Positions 46,019 to 55,888 of a stretch of DNA of 64,000 bases are shown here, piece after piece; within the stretch, counting starts at the first letter, position 1; each line of letters begins with the position of its first letter. The translations under genes and the position numbers were made by a program. A model generated the notes under the pieces. It was not told the DNA's origin, made no database searches, and worked only from the letters and a program-made list of their open reading frames with translations. Source of the stretch: a bacterium (GTDB lineage Bacteria; UBA8248); contig OZ242260.1 of the NCBI GenBank assembly GCA_965207065.1, positions 832,001-896,000 on the forward strand, in the 5' to 3' direction.

Positions 46019-46882
46019 TCAGGCCGGATTTTTCGAAAGCCGCTCTATCTTCACCTCGGTGGTGAGCTCCGAGTCGCCGTTTCCCCGGAACACGCCCCGG
46101 CTCGGGGGCACGTCCGCGTAATCCCGGCCCACCGCCACGCGGACGTGGCGCTCGTCTCCCTCGGTGTTGTTCGTCGGGTCGAAGCCGACCCACCCCACGC
46201 CCGGAAACCAGCACTCCACCCAGGCGTGGCTCTCGCCCGTGGCCTCGCCTTCGATTTCGGGCCCCAGGTAACCCGACACGTAACGGCACGGAACCCCCCA
46301 GCCGCGCACGATCGAGGCCATCACGTGCGCGTAGTCCTGGCAGACGCCCCGCCCGGTCTCCAGGATGTCCTCGATGGGCGAATCGACCTGGGTATGGCCC
46401 GGTATGTACTCGAAGACGTCGTTGAGTTTGGCGCAGAGCTCGCGCGCGCCCACGAGGGGGTCGTCCCCCGGAGCGATGTCGTGTTTCGCCACGAACCTAT
46501 CGAGCGCGGGACTCGGGCGAGCGAAGAGGCTCGGGTGCGTCAGCGGCCAGAGCTCGGGCGTGCGGACGGCGCTGCGAAGCGCCTCCGAAGCGCCGGGTTC
46601 GAGCCCCTCGGGGGCGGAGGCCAAGGGACCCACCTCCACGCGCGAGTGCGCCCGCACCTCGAAGCGCGGGTGCGGGCGGGCGCGATCCAGAAAATGCGCC
46701 GTGTTGCCGAACGGGTCGGTGAACTCGAAGAACCGGCCCTCGGGGTCGGTGCGCAGCGAGAACTCATGCACGGTCTGGGCGCGGTCGCGAAGCGGGCACA
46801 AGTACAGCGTCATCACCGATGTCTGAACGGGCGTCTCGTAATCGAAGCGTATGGCGTGCTCGACCGTGTAGCTCACTATCAC
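46019..46882 (-). CDS. Transglutaminase family protein
   Basis: GVCQDYAH, RYVSGY, SHAWVE, FDPTN and GRDYADVPP motifs. Confidence 0.93.
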   Translation of the reverse strand: MIVSYTVEHAIRFDYETPVQTSVMTLYLCPLRDRAQTVHEFSLRTDPEGRFFEFTDPFGNTAHFLDRARPHPRFEVRAHSRVEVGPLASAPEGLEPGASEALRSAVRTPELWPLTHPSLFARPSPALDRFVAKHDIAPGDDPLVGARELCAKLNDVFEYIPGHTQVDSPIEDILETGRGVCQDYAHVMASIVRGWGVPCRYVSGYLGPEIEGEATGESHAWVECWFPGVGWVGFDPTNNTEGDERHVRVAVGRDYADVPPSRGVFRGNGDSELTTEVKIERLSKNPA

Positions 46883-47853
46883 GCCGGGATCTCCTCGGCC
46901 AGTGAGCGGTGGACGTAAGCCGCCATCGCCAGGTCGTGGAGCTCACGGACGTCGCCCCCTATCGCGCGGAAGAATGCGCCCGCATCCACCTCGCCGGAAC
47001 CCGTCGCATCCATTTCGATGGCCGCCGTGAGTCGAAGCGCCATCCGGTGCGGCGGCGCGAGGGGAAAACGCGCGCCGAGCGGGTCGATTCCGTTCAGCAT
47101 TTCCTCGATGCGCTGCAGCGAGAAACGGAGCGAGCGGGGAAGCTCGGGATTGCGCGTCAGGAAACCGAGCACTTCTTCTTCGAGAATCTTCATCGAGTGG
47201 CGGCGGCAATAGATTTCATACGCGCGGCATATATGAAGCAAATCCGCCCACGAAAGCGCGGCGACGCCCCCCCTCGGATGCGCGAAATCGACCCATGCCT
47301 CAAGGAGTGCGGCCTGGTGCTGCGCCCGCTCGATGAAGCGGCCCAGTTCCAGAAAGCGCCAGGCATCGTCGCGCGGCATCGTCGAGTGCACCACGCCCGC
47401 GAACAGCCGCATGCGGTCGATGATATCGAGCGCGAGCCGAGCCGGCGCCTGCTCCCATTCCCGGGCGAAATTCACCTCGCGCATCCAGAGATAGCCCTGG
47501 TTGAGCCGCGTCCATATCGCAAGCGGAAGCTGCGCACGGACGCGCTGTCCGTTCTCGCGCGCCTGACTCCAGCACGAGAGGATGGAATCGGGGTTCGCTC
47601 CCTCCTCCACGAGGCTGCCCGCAAGGGTATAGGCGTCGGGAATCAGATACACCTCGGCCTCCTCAGCGCCCGCCGTCGCGCCGGGCGGGGGCTGGCCCAG
47701 CGACCGATAAATCGCCGCCCAACCGACGGCCAGTTCATCGGCGGGCCGGTCGACAAGCCGGTTGAGCTGGTATTCCAGAAGACGCGCCGTCTGTTCGACA
47801 CGCTCGACGTAGCGGCCCATCCAGTAGAAATCTGCGGCGACCCGAGCCAGCAT
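46879..47853 (-). CDS. Alpha-E domain protein (DUF403)
   Basis: MLARVAADFYWMGRYVER, LGRFIERA and PRSLRF motifs. Confidence 0.92.
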   Translation of the reverse strand: MLARVAADFYWMGRYVERVEQTARLLEYQLNRLVDRPADELAVGWAAIYRSLGQPPPGATAGAEEAEVYLIPDAYTLAGSLVEEGANPDSILSCWSQARENGQRVRAQLPLAIWTRLNQGYLWMREVNFAREWEQAPARLALDIIDRMRLFAGVVHSTMPRDDAWRFLELGRFIERAQHQAALLEAWVDFAHPRGGVAALSWADLLHICRAYEIYCRRHSMKILEEEVLGFLTRNPELPRSLRFSLQRIEEMLNGIDPLGARFPLAPPHRMALRLTAAIEMDATGSGEVDAGAFFRAIGGDVRELHDLAMAAYVHRSLAEEIPA

Positions 47854-47998
47854 GATTCCTCTCCTTCATCATCCAGTGATTCCCGCAGGGGAGAACACAT
47901 GAGAAGCGGCGCGAGGCCGCGGGGGCCCCAACCTCATTTTATAACAACCCCCTTCGCCGAAACCAGATTTTTTCCGTAGTGGTCAATCCCGACCGAAT

Positions 47999-48317
47999 GG
48001 GGGTTGTGGAAAAAAATCCCATAAAGCAAGGAATGGATTTTTCAATCGACATACGCATTATGAAACCACTCCCACATTTACAGAGCGCCAAACAACCACT
48101 CCCCCCTTGAGGGGGAGTCAGTGAACTGAGGGCGAAAGCCCGAAAGTGAACTGGTGGGGGGTATAATTCGGAATGGCAAGAAAACGCATTTTACCCCCCA
48201 CCGATTCAGCCTTCGCAAATACCGCTCGGCTTCATCGACTCCCCCTCAAGGGGGGAGTGAACTTCAAAAGCGTGCACGCAACCCAAAATTGCTTCCCGGG
48301 TCTTTTGCAACAACCCC
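47999..48317. repeat. MITE-like element enclosing a perfect 23-bp inverted repeat pair (48097-48119 / 48237-48259)
   Basis: Ends gggggttgtggaaaaa and tcttttgcaacaacccc; inner cactccccccttgagggggagtc / gactccccctcaaggggggagtg. Confidence 0.8.
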
Positions 48318-48374
48318 GTATGTCAGTCATATATGTCTGACCCTAAATCCGGGTCGGCAATCAAAATAACACGC

Positions 48375-48402
48375 GGGGGCGGACACATAGGTCCGCCCCT
48401 AC
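48375..48402 (-). repeat. Single GTAG-type REP palindrome
   Basis: Reverse strand reads gtaggggcggacctatgtgtccgccccc. Confidence 0.75.
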
Positions 48403-48413
48403 CCTACTCTACC

Positions 48414-49889
48414 CTACCTCTCCAGCACCCAGATGTCCTTACACCCCCCGCCCTGGCTCGAATTCACCACGAGGCTGCCGCGCTTGAGCGCGACGCGGCA
48501 CAACCCGCCCGGAACCACGTGCTGCTCCTCGCGCCCCTGCAACACGAAGGGCCGCAGGTCCACGTGGCGCGGCTCGATGCCCCCATCGACGAAGCAAGGC
48601 GAGCGCGAGAGCGCGAGCGTGGGCTGTGCGATGAAGTTCGCAGGATCCGCGCGCAGCCGCTCGGCGAATTCCGCACGCTCCGCCGCCGTGGAGTGGGGGC
48701 CGACCAGCATCCCGTAGCCGCCCGAACCGCCGACTTCCTTCACCACCAGGTCGCCCAGATGCTCCAGCGTATAGGCCAGCCCCTCGGGTTCGCGGCAAAG
48801 GTGCGTCTCGACGTTGGCGAGTATCGGCTCCTCGCCCAGGAAATAACGGATGATTTGAGGCACGTAGGCGTAGATGCTCTTATCGTCCGCCACGCCGGTC
48901 CCCGGCGCGTTGGCGAGCACGAGGTTCCCCGCACGGTAGGCGTGGAAAAGCCCCGCCGCGCCCAGGAACGAATCGCCCCGGAACGTGACGGGATCGAGAA
49001 AATCATCGTCCACACGGCGGTAGAGCACGTCGATGCGGCGAAGCCCCGCCGTCGTGCGCGCGTACAACCCGGCGTCGCGCACGAGCAGGTCCTGGCCCTC
49101 GACGAGGTCGACGCCCATCTCGCCCGCGAGGAAGGCGTGCTCGTAGTAGGCGGAGTTGAAGATGCCGGGCGTGAGCACCGCCACGTTCGGCTCCCTCGGC
49201 GAGTGGCCCAGGGAGACGAGCGTGGAATAGAGGTGTTCGGCGTAATCGGCCACCTCGCGCACCCGGTGCTCGCGGTAGAGCCTGGGCAGCACGTCCTTGA
49301 TGGCGTTTCGGCAGGCAAGCATGTAGGAGACGCCCGAGGGTACGCGCAGGTTGTCCTCCAGGACGGCGAACCCATCGTGGGTGCGGACGATGTCGGTCCC
49401 GCACACGGCGACGTAGACGTCGTGAGGCACATTCAGCCCGCGCATCTCCATGCGGTATTGCGGACAGCCGAGCACGACGTCGATGGGAACGACCCCCTCG
49501 CGCAGGCACCGGCCCTCGTGATAGACGTCTTTCAAAAACATGTTGAGCGCCATCAGGCGCTGCTTGAGACCGCGTTCGACGTGGTCCCACTCCGCCGCCG
49601 TGAGCAGGCGCGGCACGCAGTCGATGGGGATGATCCGCTCGGTGGCTTCCTCGGCGTCGAGCACCGTGAAGGTGATGCCGTCATAGAGAAAGCGGCGGTA
49701 GACGCCCTCCTGGAGTTTGTCCAGATCCTCGGGCGTGAGTTCGGCGAGCGCGGTGTTCAGCCGCCCGCAAGACTCACGCGGACTGCCCTCTGAGTCGAAC
49801 ATCTCATCGTAAAAGCGCGAATCGAGATCGTATCCCGAAAAAGGCCCCTCGTCCTGCGCCGAGGCGAGCGGCTCCGCCCCCTTGTTCAT
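48414..49889 (-). CDS. Circularly permuted type 2 ATP-grasp protein
   Basis: LEDNLRVPSGVSY, NAPGTGVADDK, GSGGYGM and VVNSSQGGGCKDIW motifs; GGAGG RBS. Confidence 0.93.
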   Translation of the reverse strand: MNKGAEPLASAQDEGPFSGYDLDSRFYDEMFDSEGSPRESCGRLNTALAELTPEDLDKLQEGVYRRFLYDGITFTVLDAEEATERIIPIDCVPRLLTAAEWDHVERGLKQRLMALNMFLKDVYHEGRCLREGVVPIDVVLGCPQYRMEMRGLNVPHDVYVAVCGTDIVRTHDGFAVLEDNLRVPSGVSYMLACRNAIKDVLPRLYREHRVREVADYAEHLYSTLVSLGHSPREPNVAVLTPGIFNSAYYEHAFLAGEMGVDLVEGQDLLVRDAGLYARTTAGLRRIDVLYRRVDDDFLDPVTFRGDSFLGAAGLFHAYRAGNLVLANAPGTGVADDKSIYAYVPQIIRYFLGEEPILANVETHLCREPEGLAYTLEHLGDLVVKEVGGSGGYGMLVGPHSTAAERAEFAERLRADPANFIAQPTLALSRSPCFVDGGIEPRHVDLRPFVLQGREEQHVVPGGLCRVALKRGSLVVNSSQGGGCKDIWVLER

Positions 49890-49972
49890 ACAAGCCTCCA
49901 TCACACATTGAGTCACGAACAGGTTAACTGCGTTCGGGGCTTCGTTCAAGTTTTATGTTAGTGGCGATGCCT

Positions 49973-50459
49973 GTAGGGACAGGTCGCGACCTTGGGCCGC
50001 TCACAAGAACGGCCCCGACCCGGAACTGTTGAAAAAGCCCTTTCCGCCTCATCCTGAGTTGCGGCGAAGCCGCGTATCGAAGGATGCCCTCCTCGCCTCG
50101 GCGCGAGGCGTTCTACTCCCCTCGCCCTTCGATACAAACGCTCCTTTCTCAGTCGCGTTTTACCTTCGGCGGCTACTCAGGGTGAGGTCGATTCGGTATC
50201 CAAAAATGACGAGGGTTACGCGCTCGCTAGCAGAACCGGGTTTTTCAACAACCCCTTGAGGGTCGGGCCGACCCACTCCCCACTTGGTCGGGATGTCAAT
50301 ACTCGTGTAGGTAGCACTCCCTTCTTGGGAACGCTACATATTATGCGACCCGCATAGAGAAGACGAAAAGGCAGGGCCGCATAATATGCGGCCCCTACAA
50401 AACCGCCTACTCTCTAGTCGCGTAAAACACTCGTTTATCAGGGCTTTTTCAACAACCCC
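49973..50459. repeat. Cluster of nested repeats: MITE-like ends, ctcatcctgag/ctcagggtgag doublet and GTAG REPs
   Basis: ctgttgaaaaagccc at 50026; tttttcaacaacccc ending at 50255 and 50459; REP at 50374-50398. Confidence 0.75.
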
Positions 50460-50498
50460 TCCCCGGTCGTCAAACGCTCCCTCATCAGTCGCGTTAGA

Positions 50499-50858
50499 CT
50501 ACTCACTCAGGACCTTGTCGGCCCATTCGACCAGGGCCACCAGGTCCGGCGGCGTCACGAAACGCGCGTTCTTGCCTTCGAGATCGGCTTCGGTGACCGC
50601 ACGGGCCCGCGCGCACGCCGTTCATATGTTGACGGGAATCGCGTGCTCAACAGTCTGCGCGAACGTCTCCCTGAGAGGCGGCCAGCCGACGGGCGTCACC
50701 GCGTTCATCACCTCGTCTTTCATGAGGTTCGCCGCCTCGCCCAGCAGAAACAGCCGCACCTCATGACCGGCCTCCGCAAATGCGTTCGCGTGCAGAAAGG
50801 CGAAGGACGCCTTGGTCGATTCGTCCGACCCCCAGGGACTCTTGATGAGGACTTTCAT
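50499..50858 (-). CDS. DsrE/DsrF-like probable selenoprotein (UxxC, TGA at 50624-50622), 119 aa
   Basis: AAGGAGG RBS; ...VRLFLLGEA...IPVNI-U-TACARARAVTEADLEGKNARFVTPPDLVALVEWADKVLSE*. Confidence 0.88.
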
Positions 50859-51537
50859 GCGGGTGGTTCCTCCTTTCACGGTTGGGTGTGACTCCACATT
50901 CACCTGCAAACGCCGTCATGGCAAACCCATGCGCAATGGCAAGTATGCGTACACGCTACGGATTTACCGGGCGCTTCGGAAATACAGAAAACAGGGAAAA
51001 CCGCCAGGGAGGCCGCCTCCCTCAGAACAAGGGAAATCAGTTGAAAAAGCTGCTTAATTTTTTCCCCCTGGTGTTCCACACCAGAAAACAAGGATGCTTT
51101 TTAAAAGGCACGAATCACCGTTTCATGCCTGTCACATTCACTCAGAGAACCTTCACGATGTTCGGCTGTCTTCTTTCGCCCGATTGACCCGCCATATTCC
51201 CGGTGATACATTAAACGCATCTCATATCATCATACTTTTGACCACGCCATCATTGATCTATCCGCGATTTGCGAACCACGAAAAGGGGTTCTCGATGAAA
51301 GCGGTATATGCGTGGTTCTTCCCGGCACCTCGAGCCGGCGGCGACAGCAAATCCGATTACAAAGCAACCGAGCGGAAAACCGCCACCGGAGATCTTCCCA
51401 AGAGAAGAGTTTTCGGTTTCCCGTTGCGCCTTCGCTTCTCCGGCGTGTCGGAATGCGCATCCGGGAAGCCCAGCAACTACACGAAAGGCGCCGATGCGCT
51501 TTTCTTTTTCAGAACCCAGAGACAGGGGAGGTAAGCT

Positions 51538-52575
51538 ATGTGGCGTAATCGAAGCAACGGAAAGCGTCTCGCTGATAACCGAACCGTGAGAAGTTGTGGA
51601 TGGCTCCTGGCGGCGGCGATATTCGGCTTCGTCGCTGTTCTCTCGACCCCCGTATTCGCCATGGACAAGCAGCTTACCTTCATGTCGGGCGGTGCGAAGG
51701 GCTCCTGGTACCGCTACTTGACCGCGATGAGCGAATGCATGCGGAAAAACAGCGACATCAAGGTCACCGTCGTCCCGACCTCGGGCGGCATGGAAGCGTT
51801 CCGCAAGCTCCAGGGAGGCAAGGCCGACGTGGGGTTCACCTTCCAGACCGTGGCCTTTCCGGCCTGGCAGGGGAAGGGAAGCTGGAAGGGGAAGAAGCTC
51901 CGGGAGCTGCGCGCGGTCGGCTTTGGAATTTCCTCTTCGATATTCCACTTCGTCGTTCTGAAAAGCTCCGGCATCAAGAAACTGGCCGATTTGAGCGGGA
52001 AGAAGTTTTCGCCGTGCCCCATCGGCACCACCTGCTACGCATCCGTCGGCTCCTTTCTCAGACACATCGGCCTGTACAAGAAGATCAAGGTCAGCAACCT
52101 CTCCCACGGCGAGCAGGTCAGCTACCTGAAGGACGGCAAGATCGACGGCTACGCCCTGCAGGGCGGTCTTCCGAACCCCTCGGTCACGGAGGCGGCCCTG
52201 ACCCGCCCCGTCCGGCTGATCAGCGTCGATCAGGGGGTGGATTTCAGCGGATTCCTGAAGGAGTTCCCCGGCTTCGAGCCCACGACGATTCCGAAAGGGA
52301 CCTACAAGGGAGTGGACTATGACGTGTCCACCATGGGCCTGAGCGGTGTTCTGGTAGCGAACAAGAACACCTCCCCGGACTTGATTTACCAGATGACGAA
52401 GACGCTCTGGGGCAAATCCTGCGTCAGCTACCTGACCAAGAACAACCGCGGGCTGGCCGGCATGAAGAAAGCCAATCCGACCGAAGGGCTGGTGATTCCG
52501 GTTCACCCGGGAGCCGCCCGGTACTGGAAGGAAAAAGGGATCAAGAACATGGCGCCTGCCGAGGGCTCGATGTAA
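51538..52575 (+). CDS. TAXI family TRAP transporter solute-binding protein
   Basis: Signal peptide; GGAKGSWY, TSGGME, IPKGTY and PVHPGAARYWKE motifs. Confidence 0.92.
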   Translation: MWRNRSNGKRLADNRTVRSCGWLLAAAIFGFVAVLSTPVFAMDKQLTFMSGGAKGSWYRYLTAMSECMRKNSDIKVTVVPTSGGMEAFRKLQGGKADVGFTFQTVAFPAWQGKGSWKGKKLRELRAVGFGISSSIFHFVVLKSSGIKKLADLSGKKFSPCPIGTTCYASVGSFLRHIGLYKKIKVSNLSHGEQVSYLKDGKIDGYALQGGLPNPSVTEAALTRPVRLISVDQGVDFSGFLKEFPGFEPTTIPKGTYKGVDYDVSTMGLSGVLVANKNTSPDLIYQMTKTLWGKSCVSYLTKNNRGLAGMKKANPTEGLVIPVHPGAARYWKEKGIKNMAPAEGSM

Positions 52576-52742
52576 TTCAGGTGGGTGAATTTTCGTATAT
52601 CTCCCCGGAGGCGCGGAGTCTGGGCGGCCTTGCATCTTCATTAGCGCGCCTGATTCCGTCTCCTGCGGGGGGAAACCGGCGAAGGGCATGACTGGGGATT
52701 TCCCGATCTCCTGCGAGATCGAAAAGGGCGGAGCCGTGTGCG

Positions 52743-53837
52743 ATGAGTTATGAGCGAAAGACACTCGGGGTCGCCGTCATCGGCGCGGGGCGCATGGGGA
52801 CCCACCGCGCCAGAATGGCGTCCAAACACCCCGCGGTCCGGTTCCTGGCCATTTCCGATCTGGACCCCGCCCGGGCCGAGGCGCTGGGCGAGGAGGTGGG
52901 GGCGCATTTCACCACGGGCAGCAACGAGGTGGCGATAAACCACCCCGACGTCACCGCCGTCATCGTATCCACCCCCGAACCCAGTCATGTCGAGCCGATT
53001 CTGCAGACCATCGAGCGCGGTAAACGCGTCGTGGTCGAGACGCCCCTGGCCTTGAGCCTGGATGATGCGGACCGGCTGATAGAGGCTTCCGCGCAAAGCG
53101 GCGTGGAACTGCACGTGAACTACAGCAAGCGTTACTCGCGGCACTACTTCCTCGGCAAGGAGCAGGTCCAGGAGGGCCGGCTGGGGCGTCTCCTGGGCGG
53201 AACGGCCCGGGTGTACAATTCGCGCGCGCAGGCCTTCGAGATTCTGAAACGAACGGACGAGGTGACCCCGGTGGTCGACGTGCTGGTCTACTCCGTGGAC
53301 ATGATTTGCTGGCTCATGGAGGGGATCCGCCCGGTGGAGGTTTTCGCCCGGGGCCACGGGGTCGTTTTCGAAGAGGCCGGCTACCCCGGGATCAACGATA
53401 CGACCTGGGCGATTCTCACGTTCGAGGACGGAGCCGTCTTCAGCCTGGGAATCTGTTACGCCCTGCCCTACAAATACCCCACACTGGGGCAAGGCACCCG
53501 CCTGGAAGTCATCGGAAAGGAGGGGGTCCTGCTTTTTGACGAGGACAAGAAGGAGAACCTCCTCTATACGGAAAAGGGATATCCTCACGTCTACGTCCCC
53601 GACCACCACATCAATACCGCGTTCCTGGGAACCAACTCCGCGGGCGACTGGGCGCTCGACCATATGTTCGGGCCCGTCGCCCACGAGACGCGCGCCTGGC
53701 TCGATTACCTTTCGACGGGGAACCCCTGCCTGCACCCGACCGCAAAAGAAGCGCGGCAGACTCTGGAAATCACCCTCGCAATCGACGAATCCGCCCGGAC
53801 CGGAAGGGCGATCGAGCTGCCCTCGAGAGTCATCTGA
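52743..53837 (+). CDS. Gfo/Idh/MocA family oxidoreductase
   Basis: IGAGRMG, IVSTPEPSH and VETPLA motifs. Confidence 0.88.
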   Translation: MSYERKTLGVAVIGAGRMGTHRARMASKHPAVRFLAISDLDPARAEALGEEVGAHFTTGSNEVAINHPDVTAVIVSTPEPSHVEPILQTIERGKRVVVETPLALSLDDADRLIEASAQSGVELHVNYSKRYSRHYFLGKEQVQEGRLGRLLGGTARVYNSRAQAFEILKRTDEVTPVVDVLVYSVDMICWLMEGIRPVEVFARGHGVVFEEAGYPGINDTTWAILTFEDGAVFSLGICYALPYKYPTLGQGTRLEVIGKEGVLLFDEDKKENLLYTEKGYPHVYVPDHHINTAFLGTNSAGDWALDHMFGPVAHETRAWLDYLSTGNPCLHPTAKEARQTLEITLAIDESARTGRAIELPSRVI

Positions 53838-53901
53838 GAATCCCCCGCTCTGCATATGACGCCCCTGACGCCATACGAGGCATGCCCGAGGAACGCAGGG
53901 G

Positions 53902-55851
53902 ATGGAGACGGTAGCCGTGCGCGATGACGCCCGAAACAACTGGCTCGACCGCTTCGTCACCCGGACCACGGCCATTCCGCTGCCCCGGGACTTGCGCTCG
54001 AAGGGGCTTCGCACCGTCGTGACGCTGGTTTCCGTCGCGTTTTCCCTTCTCTATATCTACTACGCCGGGTTCGGGTATTTCTCGCCCGAGAGCTTCATCT
54101 CCGGGTATCTGGGCTTCACGTTCGTCCTGGTTTTCATCCTTTTCCCGGGGTCGGACAAATCGCCGCGCGACCGGATTACCGCTGTTGACGGAATCCTGGT
54201 GTTGAGCACCATCGCGGTCACCTACCATTACAACGTCTACTTCCCCGTCCGCTACATCGAGCGATTCGGCGAGGCGCTCACGCACGACGTGGTTTTCGGC
54301 ATCATGGCCATCCTTCTGGCGCTCGAGGCCTGCCGCCGCACGCTGGGGCCCGCCCTCCCGTTGATCTCGGTGTGCCTGATCGGATATTCCCTTTTTGGCC
54401 CCTACTTTCCCGGCCATCTGACGCACCAGGGGATCAGCCTCTGGGACACCGCGGCATGGCTCTACAGCAACCAGTCGATCTACGGCGTCATCACGCGGAT
54501 ATTCGCGAGTTTCGTATTCCTCTTCATCGTGTTCGGCGCGATTCTGGAGATGTCGGGCGGCAAGGAGCTCTTCCTCAATCTCCCGCTCTCGATCATCGGG
54601 CGCACCCGGGGAGGTTCGGCGAAGCTCAGCGCCGTGGCGAGCGCGCTTTTCGGCATGATATCCGGGAGCCCCACGGCGAACATCGTGGGCACCGGAACGC
54701 TCACCATCCCGCTGATGAAGCGTTCCGGATTCCCGCCGCACGTCTCGGCCGCTTTCGAGGCCACAGCCTCGACCATCGGGGTGACCATGCCCCCGTTGAT
54801 GGGCGCGGCCATATTCCTCATGGCGGATTTCACGGGAATCCCCTATCTGGAAATCGTCAAGGTATCGATACTGCCGTCGCTGCTGTTCATGCTGTCCCTC
54901 CTGGTGGTGGCTCACGTGTACGCCAGGAAGGCGGGCATCGAGGGATTGCCGCCCGAGGAGCTGGGCGACCCCTGGGAGATACTCAAAAACTACTGGACCT
55001 TCGCGGTTCCCCTGGGTCTCATATTCTACATGCTCGGCTCGGGCTACAGCCCGGATTACGCCGTGTTCGTCGCTATCCTGGGCGTGGCGGGGGCGAGTCT
55101 CCTTTCCAGGCACACGCGCCTGACGATTCCCCAATGGGGTAAAATCCTCGAGACCGGCGCCCGGAGATCGCTCACCGTCGGCGGCTTGGCCGGATGCCTG
55201 GGCATCATCATCGGGATCGTGTTCAGGACGGGAATCGGAACCAAGCTCTCGATCCTCGTGGTCGATCTATCCGGCGGATATCTCATTCTCGCCGTTTTGC
55301 TGACCGCCCTGGTGACGTTCGTGCTCGGGATGGGCGTCTCTTCCATCACGGCCGACTACCTCCTCCTTTCGGTGCTGATCGCACCGGCGCTGATTGAACT
55401 CGGCGCGACGCCGATGGCGGCCCACCTTCTGATCATCTGGTACTCGCAGACATCGAACCTGACACCGCCGGTCTGCGGCGGCGCCTTCACCGCGGCCGCC
55501 ATCGCAGGCGCTCACCCCTGGAGGACAGGCTTCTTCGCCTTCCGGATCGGGCTGTTCATCTACCTCATTCCCATCGCTTTCGTTTTCGGCGACCTCCTGA
55601 ATCCGGGGCTGAACCTCCCCTTCTTCTGGACGCTGCTGACGGCGGCCCTCTCGGCGGTCTGCTTTGGCGGCGCCGTCATCGGCTACCTGGCGGGCCCCTT
55701 GAATATGTGGCAGAGGTTCTTGCTCGCGGCGGCGACGATCGCCTTGTTCGAACCGCACCTGCTCCTGGATTTCATCGGCGTGGCTCTCCTCGCGCTGGTA
55801 ATAGTGTGGCAAAATCTCGGCAGAAGGCGGGCGAACGAAGGGGCCGCCTGA
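53902..55851 (+). CDS. TRAP transporter 4TM/12TM fused permease
   Basis: ISGSPTANIVGTGTLTIPLMKR, MPPLMGAA and LTPPV motifs. Confidence 0.93.
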   Translation: METVAVRDDARNNWLDRFVTRTTAIPLPRDLRSKGLRTVVTLVSVAFSLLYIYYAGFGYFSPESFISGYLGFTFVLVFILFPGSDKSPRDRITAVDGILVLSTIAVTYHYNVYFPVRYIERFGEALTHDVVFGIMAILLALEACRRTLGPALPLISVCLIGYSLFGPYFPGHLTHQGISLWDTAAWLYSNQSIYGVITRIFASFVFLFIVFGAILEMSGGKELFLNLPLSIIGRTRGGSAKLSAVASALFGMISGSPTANIVGTGTLTIPLMKRSGFPPHVSAAFEATASTIGVTMPPLMGAAIFLMADFTGIPYLEIVKVSILPSLLFMLSLLVVAHVYARKAGIEGLPPEELGDPWEILKNYWTFAVPLGLIFYMLGSGYSPDYAVFVAILGVAGASLLSRHTRLTIPQWGKILETGARRSLTVGGLAGCLGIIIGIVFRTGIGTKLSILVVDLSGGYLILAVLLTALVTFVLGMGVSSITADYLLLSVLIAPALIELGATPMAAHLLIIWYSQTSNLTPPVCGGAFTAAAIAGAHPWRTGFFAFRIGLFIYLIPIAFVFGDLLNPGLNLPFFWTLLTAALSAVCFGGAVIGYLAGPLNMWQRFLLAAATIALFEPHLLLDFIGVALLALVIVWQNLGRRRANEGAA

Positions 55852-55888
55852 AGTTCCTGGATATGGCCGAGCCAATGATCCTGAAAGG

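Noticed and set aside
50900-51537. Sigma-54 promoter or riboswitch ahead of the TAXI gene
   Set aside because: The TGGCA/GGCAC candidates lack correct GG-N10-GC spacing, and I recognised no riboswitch consensus.
51250-54014. Long antisense ORFs (51250..52764, 52641..54014 and similar elsewhere)
   Set aside because: These are shadow ORFs opposite well-supported genes, as expected in GC-rich DNA, and carry no recognisable motifs.
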